A DNA stretch of 64,000 nt from Polyangiaceae bacterium (GTDB taxonomy: Bacteria > Myxococcota_A > Polyangia > Polyangiales > Polyangiaceae). Shown piece by piece: positions 1 through 9,129 of the stretch. The number at the start of each line of letters is the position of its first letter. The stretch's first letter is position 1. The notes under the pieces are model-generated. The model did no database searches and was not told where the DNA came from. It saw only the letters and a list, made by a program, of their open reading frames with translations. Location: assembly GCA_044376115.1 (NCBI GenBank), contig JBILLK010000025.1, positions 1-64,000 on the forward strand, read 5' to 3'. The position numbers and the translations under genes were made by a program.

Positions 1-441
1 CGGGGACGTCACCCGATGAACTGCGTGGACTGGAAGCAAGCCAAAGGGTTCTGCGAGGCGCAGGGCAAGCGGTTGCCAAGCGAGGCAGAGTGGGAGTGGG
101 CGGCGCGAGGCGGCGATGCGGCCAGGAAATTCCCTTGGGGGGATGAAGCGCCGGACGATCCTGAAGACCGAGCGTGTTGGTCCGGCGGAACAGAGGGAGA
201 ACGAGAGGGCACTTGCACGGTCGGAAGCTTTCCAACTGGAAATGGCCGGTTTGGCCACAAGGACCTGTCCGGCAACGTGTGGGAGTGGACCTCTAGCAAA
301 TATGATGCCGAGTCACCAGACCGTGTCATTCGTGGTGGCAGTTGGCGCAACTATGTCGCGTCGAGGCTCTCGGCTTCGTTCCGCGACTGGTTCGCGCCGT
401 CGTATCGCTACTTCCTCCTCGGCTTTCGCTGTGCCCGGTAA
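1..441 (+). CDS. FGE-sulfatase/SUMF1 (C-type lectin fold) domain protein, 3' part (5' end outside window); putative DGR target
   Basis: Motifs RLPSEAEWEWAARGG, FPWG, DLSGNVWEW, RVIRGGSW...GFRCAR; frame open to window edge. Confidence 0.9.
   Translation, partial: RGRHPMNCVDWKQAKGFCEAQGKRLPSEAEWEWAARGGDAARKFPWGDEAPDDPEDRACWSGGTEGEREGTCTVGSFPTGNGRFGHKDLSGNVWEWTSSKYDAESPDRVIRGGSWRNYVASRLSASFRDWFAPSYRYFLLGFRCAR
322..441 (+). mobile_element. Putative DGR variable region (VR)
   Basis: 9 A in 117 nt (322-438) vs 30 A in 120 nt (181-300); no codon ends in A; varied residues sit at the typical GGSW-xxxx...S-x-R-x-x-x...R-xxx-LGFR positions and are almost all NNY codons; no TR in window. Confidence 0.65.
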
Positions 442-472
442 TTTCAATCTTCCATTTACTCTTTTTCCCTTT
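442..472 (+). repeat. G-free pyrimidine-rich tract with ~7-nt periodicity after the VR stop codon
   Basis: tttcaat/cttccat/ttactct/ttttccc/ttt in a GC-rich genome. Confidence 0.6.
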
Positions 473-596
473 GTCTGGGAATGATTCTTGCTCCTCGGTT
501 GGCTGGGTGTGGGCTCCTTCTGGTGCGGAGCGCGTTCGTATCGACGGATAACCTGCCCGCCCAGCTCCTCATCGAGCTAAAGCGGCGGCAGGCGGA

Positions 597-1019
597 GCTG
601 CGCGCGGTTCGCAGCTCCGCGCACACCCGTGGGGGGACGGCCCCGTCGACCTTGGCAGGACCCGCGCTTACAACCGAGGGGACGGTGTTCCTCTCGATCG
701 CGTCATGAGCAACGAGCAGGATGCCACGCCTGGGAGCGAGGCCACGGCGCTTTACGACTTCGCCGGCAACGCCCAGGAGTGGACCAAAGACGTCTATCGA
801 GAGGACAGCGCCACCGCCGACGAAGGCTGGACGCAAGAGGGCGGCGTCACCTACCGGGCCATTCGAGGCCTACCGATCGATCAAGCCCCACCGCGGTCGC
901 TGCCCAAGAGCTCCGCCGCCTTTCGCAGCGCTATCTGTGCCTCCGGACCTTGCTCTGCTGACGTCGCCACGATTCAACAGTTCGTCGGTTTCCGCTGCGT
1001 GCGGCGCCTGAAGAGCTGA
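597..1019 (+). pseudogene. 5'-truncated FGE-sulfatase domain gene remnant
   Basis: Frame of ORF 705..1019 extended upstream reads AARGSQLRAHPWGD...LYDFAGNAQEW...RAIRG...VGFRCVR; the preceding RLPTEAEWE motif is missing and an in-frame stop lies at 549-551. Confidence 0.7.
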
Positions 1020-1284
1020 GCGCCTTGGTCTCGGCCACGCCGAGGACCCTGCCGAACTACTCCTCCAAATGCACGTGGGTCTCACTCACCGCGCAGCGCG
1101 CTTCGATTCACAGCGCTTCAACCACGCGGTACACGCCGATGTCGCATGGGAACGCGGCATCCTCGCTTCGACGACACGAGAGGACGGCAGCGTCGAGCTG
1201 CTCGATGACGCCACCTTCAGCGCGCAATCAGTCAGCCGAGCGAGCAGGGCTCCGCGGCCACTCGTTTGTGCTAACCGGTAGGCC

Positions 1285-3834
1285 ATGGTCGAGCCGGGCG
1301 CTGAGTTGAGCGAGATTGCGGGGTTGTCTTCACCGCAGATCCAAGCTGCGCGCCACGAGAAGGGTCCGATGGTGGTTTTCGCCGGCGCTGGATCTGGCAA
1401 GACGCGCGTCATCACCTATCGCATCGCCAACCTGCTCGCCACGCATCGGGTACCGCCGTATCGGGTACTCGCGGTTACTTTTACCAACAAGGCCGCAGCA
1501 GAGATGCGCCATCGGCTGACCAAGTTGGTTGGCGAGGAGCTATCGCGCGATCTGTGGGTGGGAACGTTTCACGCAACCTGCGCCAAGTTGTTGCGTCGTT
1601 ACCCAGCGGCCTGTGGACTCAAGTCCTCCTTTCTCGTCTACGACGACGATGACCAGCGCGCGGTGATGAACCGCATCTACAAAGACCAAGGCATCGACGA
1701 TAAGAAGTTCCCGTTGCGCCAGGTTTTGGGCCGCATCCACAAGGAGAAGCAAGAGGGCGTAACCGGCACCGACTTCATTCCGGGCAACTTCATGGAACGC
1801 ACCATCGCTCAGTGCTTCCAGGCCTACGACGAGCGCTTGCGCGCAGCCAACGCCGTCGACTTCGACGACCTCCTGCTCTACGTGATGCGCCTCTTGGAGA
1901 ACAAGGATTCCCCTGAAGGGGAGGAGCTGCGCAAGAAGTTCTCCTACGTCTTGGTGGATGAGTTTCAGGACGTCAACCGCGTGCAATATCGACTCGTGCG
2001 CGGCTTTACCGAGAAGACGCAGAACCTCTTCGTCGTCGGTGATGACGACCAGAGCATCTATCGTTGGCGCGGCGCCGACGTGCAGATCGTACGTAACTTT
2101 CGGCACGACCACCCAGGCGCCAGCATCGTCAAACTGGAGCAGAACTATCGCTCCACCGCTAACGTGGTGGCAGCTGCGCTAGGCGTGATTCGCGTCGCGC
2201 GCGATCGTGAGCCGAAGGAACTTTGGACGGCCAACCAAGCAGGCGAGAAGATCCCGATCGTCTTTTGCGTGAGCGAGCGGGATGAGGCCGCGTACGTCGC
2301 GGAGCGCATCCGCGAGGCGATGGATGCAGGCACGCCGGCCAACGAGATCGCCGTCTTTTATCGCATCCACGCGCAGTCCCGCGTGCTCGAGGAAGTGCTG
2401 CGCAGCGAGCGGCTGCCTTATCAGATCATTGGCGGTATGCGCTTCTTCGAGCGCGCCGAGGTGAAGGACTTAGTGGCCTATCTGCGCCTCCTGACCAACC
2501 CCGATAGCGACGTCGACTTGGTGCGTATCATCAACGTACCCAGCCGCAAAATCGGCGATACCACGGTCGAGAAGCTCGCCGCTTTTGCACGCGAGCGCGG
2601 TAGCTCGATGTTCGCCGCGATCGAGGACTTCATTCATAGCGAGGGGCTCACGGCCCAACCGAAGAAGGCGCTCGCGCGCTTCTTGGCGCTGATGAAGGAC
2701 CTCTCGAGCAGCGCCGCCACTGCGGCTCCTGCCGAGCTCGCCGAACGTGTGGTCGAGGAGAGCGGCTATCGCGATATGCTCTCGCGGCTGGATAGCGATG
2801 AAGGTGAGGCCAAGCTGCAGAACTTGGCGGAGTTGATCGGCTCGATCGGTGAGTTCGAGGAAGAGGCGCTAGCGCAAGGTGCGGTGCCAAACTTGGAGGG
2901 CTTCCTCGAGCGGGTGGCGCTCACGGCAGCGCAGGACGAGCTGAAGGACGCTCCTCGGGTCTGTCTGATGACGGTGCATGCGGCCAAGGGCCTCGAGTTC
3001 GATCTCGTGCTGCTGACCGGCATGGAGGAGGACATCTTTCCGTGGCGCAGTCAGGACAATGAGCGGCCTGGTGATGTCGAGGAGGAGCGCAGGCTCGCCT
3101 ATGTCGCTATCACCCGGGCCAAGAAGCACTTGTTCGTGTTGCACGCCGAACGACGGATGATCTTCGCCAACACGCGCTACAACCAGCCGAGCCGGTTTCT
3201 CGGCGACATCCCGCGTGAGGTGATGCGCCCGGTGGTCTCTGACACGATGCGCGCTGCACGCGGACGCTTCATCGATCGGCCGATGGCTCCGCCTGCAGAG
3301 CCGCCACGCTTGGCCTTTCGCTCTCCTGCGGCAACTCCTGCGAGCACGCCGCGCATGGAGCTCGATCGCGCTCCGACTCGAGGCGACGTTGAACCGCCGC
3401 GCGCCGCCACGCGCCCGGCGATCGGAGGTACGCTCGATCTCTTCCCCGACGTCCGGCTCGGTGGCCTGCGCGTGGTCGAGCCGGTGGGCGACGAGTTGCC
3501 GGTGCGGCCCAACTTCAGCGCCCCCGCCGCGCCAACGCGGCAAGGCTTTGTTCGAAGCATGCAGCAGCGCCCAGGCGCTGGGCCGGAGCGAGCACCTGGT
3601 GAACGCTTCGTCGAGCGCGACGACGATGCGGGCGGTTCCTCCAGCAGTCTGCGACCACGCGCGCGCATCAGCGCCGATCACGGTCTAGGGCCGGGCACCC
3701 GCGTCTTGCACAAGACCTTCGGCACCGGGGTTGTGCTCAGCCTTGATGGCTCCGCCGACCCTGCGGCGATGGTGCAGTTTCCGGGCTGGACGCCCAAGCT
3801 GATCAAGATTCGCTTCCTCCAGCCGGAGGAGTGA
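1285..3834 (+). CDS. uvrD: UvrD/PcrA-family SF1 DNA helicase
   Basis: AGAGSGKT, DEFQD, GDDDQSIYRWRGA, LEQNYRS, TVHAAKGLEF, EERRLAYVAITRA; C-terminal VLHKTFGTG Tudor-like domain. Confidence 0.95.
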   Translation: MVEPGAELSEIAGLSSPQIQAARHEKGPMVVFAGAGSGKTRVITYRIANLLATHRVPPYRVLAVTFTNKAAAEMRHRLTKLVGEELSRDLWVGTFHATCAKLLRRYPAACGLKSSFLVYDDDDQRAVMNRIYKDQGIDDKKFPLRQVLGRIHKEKQEGVTGTDFIPGNFMERTIAQCFQAYDERLRAANAVDFDDLLLYVMRLLENKDSPEGEELRKKFSYVLVDEFQDVNRVQYRLVRGFTEKTQNLFVVGDDDQSIYRWRGADVQIVRNFRHDHPGASIVKLEQNYRSTANVVAAALGVIRVARDREPKELWTANQAGEKIPIVFCVSERDEAAYVAERIREAMDAGTPANEIAVFYRIHAQSRVLEEVLRSERLPYQIIGGMRFFERAEVKDLVAYLRLLTNPDSDVDLVRIINVPSRKIGDTTVEKLAAFARERGSSMFAAIEDFIHSEGLTAQPKKALARFLALMKDLSSSAATAAPAELAERVVEESGYRDMLSRLDSDEGEAKLQNLAELIGSIGEFEEEALAQGAVPNLEGFLERVALTAAQDELKDAPRVCLMTVHAAKGLEFDLVLLTGMEEDIFPWRSQDNERPGDVEEERRLAYVAITRAKKHLFVLHAERRMIFANTRYNQPSRFLGDIPREVMRPVVSDTMRAARGRFIDRPMAPPAEPPRLAFRSPAATPASTPRMELDRAPTRGDVEPPRAATRPAIGGTLDLFPDVRLGGLRVVEPVGDELPVRPNFSAPAAPTRQGFVRSMQQRPGAGPERAPGERFVERDDDAGGSSSSLRPRARISADHGLGPGTRVLHKTFGTGVVLSLDGSADPAAMVQFPGWTPKLIKIRFLQPEE

Positions 3835-3839
3835 GCCGT

Positions 3840-4343
3840 TTAGATGTCGAAGCCGCCGAACACGTACAGGTGATACTGCGCCTGGAAGATCTCGGAGAGG
3901 TAGAGGGGAAAGCCAATCGGCTCCACCCCAACATGGAAGTTCTTGTGCGGCTGGTACTTCACGCCCACGACCGGCTCGAGCAGGAAGGCCGCGCGTTCGG
4001 CTTGCGTCCAGTACCAAATGCCCGCGTTCACTTTGGGGTAGATGAAAAGCCCATCCACCGGCAGCTCGATGTCGTACTGGAAGAACAAGGGAACGGCGAT
4101 CGTGGTGAAGCGATCACCGAACTGAAACTGCCCAGCGAGGCCGAGGTAAGCATTGTAGTCGCGGTCGAGCGCGACGGCGATCTCCGGGCTGAGGGAGAAC
4201 TGCGTGCGTGTGTCGTCCACGTCAAGCGCAGGCCCGAGTTTGAGGGTGCCGGAAATCCGCCCAGCCTTGTCGGCCGCGCGCGCCTCTGCGGGAATTGCCA
4301 GGAGTAGCGAGAGAAGGCCAGTAACAAGCAACGCCGTTCGCAT
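3840..4343 (-). CDS. Secreted small outer-membrane beta-barrel-like protein
   Basis: Signal peptide (ARA-A), alternating aromatic/hydrophobic strands, ends FGGFDI. Confidence 0.7.
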   Translation of the reverse strand: MRTALLVTGLLSLLLAIPAEARAADKAGRISGTLKLGPALDVDDTRTQFSLSPEIAVALDRDYNAYLGLAGQFQFGDRFTTIAVPLFFQYDIELPVDGLFIYPKVNAGIWYWTQAERAAFLLEPVVGVKYQPHKNFHVGVEPIGFPLYLSEIFQAQYHLYVFGGFDI

Positions 4344-4356
4344 GGCGTCACGCTAG

Positions 4357-4385
4357 CGAAAGCTGGCCAGAGTCGCCAGCTTTCG
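4357..4385. terminator. Hairpin downstream of the prolyl oligopeptidase gene
   Basis: Perfect 11-bp stem cgaaagctggc/gccagctttcg, 7-nt loop. Confidence 0.55.
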
Positions 4386-4411
4386 AAGCCCAGAGAACAC
4401 GGCGATCGAGG

Positions 4412-6592
4412 TTACTTCGCTGGCTCGGTTACAGCCCAAGCAAAGGCCAGTCGGTCAGCGCCCTTCTGCACCTCGGCCTTGCGTTGGTCTGCTCCACCAT
4501 GGCCCGAGTTCTTCTCGATGCGCAGCAGCACCGGGCCACCGCTGGTGGCGTCTTGTACGGCAGCCGAGAACTTGCGTGCGTGAAGTGGATCCACGCGGTC
4601 GTCGCTGTCGGCGGCGAGCATCAACAAGGCCGGGTAACGCACGTTGTCGTTGACGTGGTGATACGGCGAGTAGCCGTAAAGCGCCTTGAATTCGGCCTCG
4701 TTGTCGCTGCTGCCGTACTCGGCGATCCAGGTGCGACCGGAGCCAAAGGTGTGGTAGCGCACCATGTCCAAGAGCGGAACGCCGCACACAACGCCGGCAA
4801 ACAGCTCGGGTGCCTGCGTCATCGCTGCGCCGACTAATAAGCCGCCGTTGGAGGCGCCGGCGATCACAAGCTTCTCGGGCCGAGTGTACTTCTTGTCGAT
4901 GAGATAGCGCGCCGCGCCGATGAAGTCGTCGAACACGTTCTGCTTCTTCAGCTTCATCCCGGCTTGGTGCCACGCCTCGCCGTATTCGGCGCCGCCGCGC
5001 AAGTTCGGGATCGCCAGCAGGCCACCACGCTCGAGCCAGGGGTAGAGCGTCGCGTAGAAGGAGGGGGTGAGGTTTACCTGGAAGCCGCCGTAGCCGTACA
5101 GGTAGACCTTGTTTTCCCCGTCTTTCTTCGCGTCTTTTGCGCCGACGATGAACATGGTCACCACGGTGCCGTCTTTGGACTTGTACTCGACCTGCTCGGT
5201 CGAAAACTTCGACGCATCGATCGGGATGTTGGTCTTGCTGTAGAGCGTGGACTTGCCGTCCTTGACCGAGAACTTGCGGATCTCGAGCGGCGCGGTGAAC
5301 GACTCGAAGCCGAGGTAGGCGTCGCTCTCGTCAGGGAGGCCGACCAGGCCGGTGACCGAGCCGACGCCACCGAGATCGACCGGCATCGGCGATTTGCCGT
5401 CCAGATCACGCAGCTCGACGCGGCTCTGCGCCTTGTCCAGGTAGGCGATCGCCAGCTTGCCGCCGATGATCGAAAAGCCGTCCATCGTCGCGGTTGGGTG
5501 TTGCGGGACGATCTCCACCCAGTCTTTGGCGTCGGGCTTCTTCGGGTCCACCTTGAAGATGCGCCAGCGTTCGGCCTGCCAATCGGTCATCAGGTAGATC
5601 ACGCCCTTGTGTCCCTCGGCACGATAGTGAGCCACCGCGGGCGTCGATAGCTTCGTCCACTTGGCTTTGCGGTCCGCGCCGTCCTTCACGAACAGATCGT
5701 TGGAGGTCCAGCCGCTGTCGATCGAGAGGAAGAAGAGCTTGCCGTCTTTGGTCAGGTCGCCGCCGATGAACTTGGTCGGGTCCCCCGTCTTTTCGTGAAC
5801 GAGCTCATCTTTCTCAGGCTTTTCGCCGAGCTTGTGGAAGCGAACCTCCGCGAAGCCGGGGCGTTGATCCGGCTTGATGGCCGGGTCCGTGGGCAGCCAC
5901 GTGTAATAGAAGCCGTCTCCTCGCGGCGTCCATGAAGGTTGAGCGTATTTGGCGCCCTCGATTACGTCGACCTCTGAGTCTTTCATGGTCTCGACGTCGA
6001 TCACCTTCAACGTCGCTTCGTCGGAGTTGTTCTTCTTGACTGCGTAGGCGACCTTCTTGCCGTCCCAGCTAGGCACCCAGGTGCCGAGGCTGACCGAGCT
6101 ATCGGTAGACCAGCTGTTCGGGTCGAACAGGACCTTCTCGGCGCCCTTTTCCCCCTGCTTCACGTACACGATCGACTTCTCTTTGTCGGCGTGGCGGCGC
6201 GAATAGAAGATGCGACTGCCGCGCTTGCGTGGGGCCGAAAGCGCATCCACGTAAAGCAGCTCGGTCAGGCGCTTGGCGATCGCCTCTCGCTCCGGATAGG
6301 CCGCGAGCGTTGCGCGCGCGAGCTTGTCTTGCTCGGCCGACCAGGCCTTGACCGGCTCTTTGCTAGCGTCCTCCAGCCAGCGGTAAGGGTCTTTGACCGT
6401 GGTGCCGAAGAGCTCGTCGGCAATGGCGTCATCGCGGTGGTTATCGGGGTAGGGCAAGAGCTTCTTTCGGGCTTCTGTGGGCTTTTCCTCGGATGCGGTG
6501 GGCTTTGGGGGCGCAACCACGATATCCGGAGCCGCCGAAGAGCAGGCCAAAATGAACACCGGCGCAAGAAACAAACCGCGAGCACGCTTCAT
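4412..6592 (-). CDS. Prolyl oligopeptidase (S9A), probable lipoprotein
   Basis: DPYRWLE, NLRGGAEYG, GASNGG nucleophile, DDRV, SGHG; ILAC lipobox if start is ATG at 6592. Confidence 0.93.
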   Translation of the reverse strand: MKRARGLFLAPVFILACSSAAPDIVVAPPKPTASEEKPTEARKKLLPYPDNHRDDAIADELFGTTVKDPYRWLEDASKEPVKAWSAEQDKLARATLAAYPEREAIAKRLTELLYVDALSAPRKRGSRIFYSRRHADKEKSIVYVKQGEKGAEKVLFDPNSWSTDSSVSLGTWVPSWDGKKVAYAVKKNNSDEATLKVIDVETMKDSEVDVIEGAKYAQPSWTPRGDGFYYTWLPTDPAIKPDQRPGFAEVRFHKLGEKPEKDELVHEKTGDPTKFIGGDLTKDGKLFFLSIDSGWTSNDLFVKDGADRKAKWTKLSTPAVAHYRAEGHKGVIYLMTDWQAERWRIFKVDPKKPDAKDWVEIVPQHPTATMDGFSIIGGKLAIAYLDKAQSRVELRDLDGKSPMPVDLGGVGSVTGLVGLPDESDAYLGFESFTAPLEIRKFSVKDGKSTLYSKTNIPIDASKFSTEQVEYKSKDGTVVTMFIVGAKDAKKDGENKVYLYGYGGFQVNLTPSFYATLYPWLERGGLLAIPNLRGGAEYGEAWHQAGMKLKKQNVFDDFIGAARYLIDKKYTRPEKLVIAGASNGGLLVGAAMTQAPELFAGVVCGVPLLDMVRYHTFGSGRTWIAEYGSSDNEAEFKALYGYSPYHHVNDNVRYPALLMLAADSDDRVDPLHARKFSAAVQDATSGGPVLLRIEKNSGHGGADQRKAEVQKGADRLAFAWAVTEPAK

Positions 6593-6657
6593 GGGCGCAG
6601 ACCTTTTCACGGGCTCCATGCCAATGACAAGGACTTCCTGCGCGGGGGACGACCTGG

Positions 6658-7203
6658 TCAGCCGGTCACGCTTCGAAGCATCACGAACACCACGATTCCG
6701 GTGACCGAGACATACAGCCACAACGGCAGCGTGAACTTGGCGATGCGGCGGTGCCGATCAAAGCGGCTTTGGAAGGCCCGCGCGAAGGTCAGCAGGATCA
6801 TCGGTACGACCAAGATGCTGCCCACCACGTGCGTCAACAGCACGCCAAGATACAGGCCGCGGAGCGGCGCCCCTTTGGGGTACGGCGTGTCTCCGTGCAC
6901 ATAGTGGTAAACGAGATAGCCAACGAGGAAGCAGGCCGAGGCCGCGAGGGCAGCCAACATGAAGGCTTTGTGCACCTCTCGGCGTTGATTCTTGATCGCG
7001 ATCAGGCCCCCAACCTGGCAACAAGCAGCGACCGCGTTGAGCGAGGCGTTCAGCGCGGGCATGAAGGTCAAGGAACCCTGGTCCGGGGCTGCTTTTGTGC
7101 CGAAAAGTACGTAAGCGATGATGCCCACGGCGACCACTGAGATCAGCGCAATCGAGGTGAACAGGGCGGCGTCGCGAGGGGGTGAGGCTTCAGTCGTGGT
7201 CAC
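6658..7203 (-). CDS. DUF420 (YozB-like) membrane protein
   Basis: Four to five TM segments; LNASLN, HKAFM, HRRIAKFTLPLWLYVSVTG. Confidence 0.85.
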   Translation of the reverse strand: MTTTEASPPRDAALFTSIALISVVAVGIIAYVLFGTKAAPDQGSLTFMPALNASLNAVAACCQVGGLIAIKNQRREVHKAFMLAALAASACFLVGYLVYHYVHGDTPYPKGAPLRGLYLGVLLTHVVGSILVVPMILLTFARAFQSRFDRHRRIAKFTLPLWLYVSVTGIVVFVMLRSVTG

Positions 7204-7319
7204 GCGGCGAGTTGTAGTGCGCAGGCTGCGGATGGCAATGCCTTGCTTGCGTGAACCGGGCTCGTAAACCGCAGAAAAGGTGCATTGGCCTTCACGGCCC
7301 CGTTGTGTAGCCTCCGGCC

Positions 7320-8240
7320 ATGCCCTTCAAGAACATTAGCCAGTCGCGAAAAGTCGCTTCCGTCGAGGGAGAAGTTCGGGGCGCGTCTTACAACGCGAAG
7401 CTCGACGCTGTGGCCCTCCTTTCGTGGAACCCCGTTCAGATCGCGATCATCGGTCGCGCCGGCACCGGCGCAAAGATCCACAACATCACCATGGGGGACG
7501 TCTCCGATATCGTGCTTCTCTCGCGCGACATGGCGATCATCCAGTCCTCGAGTGAGACCTGGCAAGTGCTGGATCTGTCGCACAAACCGCGCGTCGACCC
7601 GCTCGGTAATGACGTGCGCAGCCTCGTGGGGCCGCAAGGGGAGCAAGCGCTGGTGCTGCGTTGGGACAACACGGCCGACGCGCTGACGCCCGGCAAGAAT
7701 GAGATCGCCTTGCGCAACTTCGCGCTGCGCGGGGATCACCGCTCGATCGATCTCGGCGAGAACGAGTGCTACGTGGTCGCAGACGGTGGTGAGGGCGAGT
7801 TCCGAATCCACCCCGGCGCGACGCCGGAGCAAGGTTCGCTGGCCAAGGTCGCACTGCCCGCCGGCTCCAAGGGCTTCGACCGGCTGCGCGGCAGCAAGTT
7901 CCTCTCGGCGGCCTTCAAACGCGGCGGTACCAGCGTCGCCATCATTCGTCGCGCAGGTAACCGTGTCGAGCCGAAGTTGCTGCACCTCGAGGCGCAGATC
8001 GCCGATATCGTGATCCAAGAGACGAGCATGATCGTCGTCGCCAAAGACGGCCGGGCCATCCTCTACGACTCAGAGTCGCTGGACAAAGCCACCAGCAACG
8101 CCGTGCCGAAGGCCGAGCTTGCGCTCGGTTGCAGCGGTGAGCCGAAAACGGCTGTCGGCGCCCGCGGTAACCTCTTCGTCGGTACCTCGACGGGCGAGAT
8201 CTACATGGCGGTGATGATCCGCAAAGCCGTCATGGTCTGA
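7320..8240 (+). CDS. Hypothetical beta-rich (propeller-like) protein
   Basis: 306 aa, genome-typical codon bias, short beta-strand pattern. Confidence 0.7.
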   Translation: MPFKNISQSRKVASVEGEVRGASYNAKLDAVALLSWNPVQIAIIGRAGTGAKIHNITMGDVSDIVLLSRDMAIIQSSSETWQVLDLSHKPRVDPLGNDVRSLVGPQGEQALVLRWDNTADALTPGKNEIALRNFALRGDHRSIDLGENECYVVADGGEGEFRIHPGATPEQGSLAKVALPAGSKGFDRLRGSKFLSAAFKRGGTSVAIIRRAGNRVEPKLLHLEAQIADIVIQETSMIVVAKDGRAILYDSESLDKATSNAVPKAELALGCSGEPKTAVGARGNLFVGTSTGEIYMAVMIRKAVMV

Positions 8241-8302
8241 GTCGGTGCGCAGGCTCCGCGACGCGGGTCGCGGAGCCGATCCGACCGCGGATGCGAGCCG
8301 GC

Positions 8303-9100
8303 TCAGGTCCCGAGGCCGGGCCCCATCGCGAGCCAAGCGGCGCCATCGGCGACGATGGTGGCGCCGTGAACGAGCGAGGCCGCGTCCGAGCAGAGGAACA
8401 GCGCTACGTTGGCGATCTCGTCGATCGTGCCGAAGCGCTTGATCGGGATTTTGGCGGTCAGCTGCTCTTTGAAGCCCGCAGGCGCGAGCCGGCTCATGCC
8501 CTCGGTATCGTCGATTGGCCCGGGGGCGATGCCGTTCACGCGGATGCCGAGCCCCGCCCACTCAGCGGCGAGGCTACGCGTGATTGAGTCGACGGCCGCT
8601 TTTGCCGCGGAAGCGTGCACCTGCAACGGCGTAGCACCGTAATGCAGCGTGGCTGAGATGTTGATGATGATGCCGCCGTTGTCGCGCATCGCCTTGTCGA
8701 AGGCAGCGCGGGACACGTTGAACGTTCCGCAGGCGTCGATGTCCATCACGGTGCGAAAGCCGTTGGGCGAGAGCGTCGCCGCCGGCGCGAGGAAGTTCCC
8801 GGCGGCGCCATTCACCAAGATATCGAGCTTGCCCAGCTCGCTTACGGCCTTGTCTACGGCGCTCGCGACTTGCGCTGGATCCCGAACGTCGGCAGGTGCC
8901 GCCAAGCACTTGCGCCCGGTGAGCCGCGTGAGCTCTTCGGCTGCGGCAGCCAAGCGGTCGGCTTTGCGCCCGACGATCACGGCCTCGGCCCCGTGGGCCA
9001 TCAGCGTCTTGGTGATGCCGTAACAGATGCCCGAGCCACCACCGGTGACCAGCGCCACTTTTCCTACGAGAATATCGCTGCGGAAGATGCTTTCTGCCAT
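8303..9100 (-). CDS. SDR oxidoreductase, 2,4-dienoyl-CoA reductase-like
   Basis: TGGGSGI, NGAAGNF, HASAAKA, NGIAPGPI. Confidence 0.88.
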   Translation of the reverse strand: MAESIFRSDILVGKVALVTGGGSGICYGITKTLMAHGAEAVIVGRKADRLAAAAEELTRLTGRKCLAAPADVRDPAQVASAVDKAVSELGKLDILVNGAAGNFLAPAATLSPNGFRTVMDIDACGTFNVSRAAFDKAMRDNGGIIINISATLHYGATPLQVHASAAKAAVDSITRSLAAEWAGLGIRVNGIAPGPIDDTEGMSRLAPAGFKEQLTAKIPIKRFGTIDEIANVALFLCSDAASLVHGATIVADGAAWLAMGPGLGT

Positions 9101-9129
9101 GCGCCTCGGGTAGTACGGTCCGCCCCGGA

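Noticed and set aside
545..613. attC-like fold (AACC...CAGCTCC / GGAGCTG...GGTT)
   Set aside because: Ends do not fit RYYYAAC/GTTRRRY, extrahelical base geometry is wrong, the right arm encodes the FGE AARG motif, and there is no integrase or second site
1025..1309. Short ORFs between the FGE remnant and uvrD
   Set aside because: No recognisable motif or RBS; several competing frames
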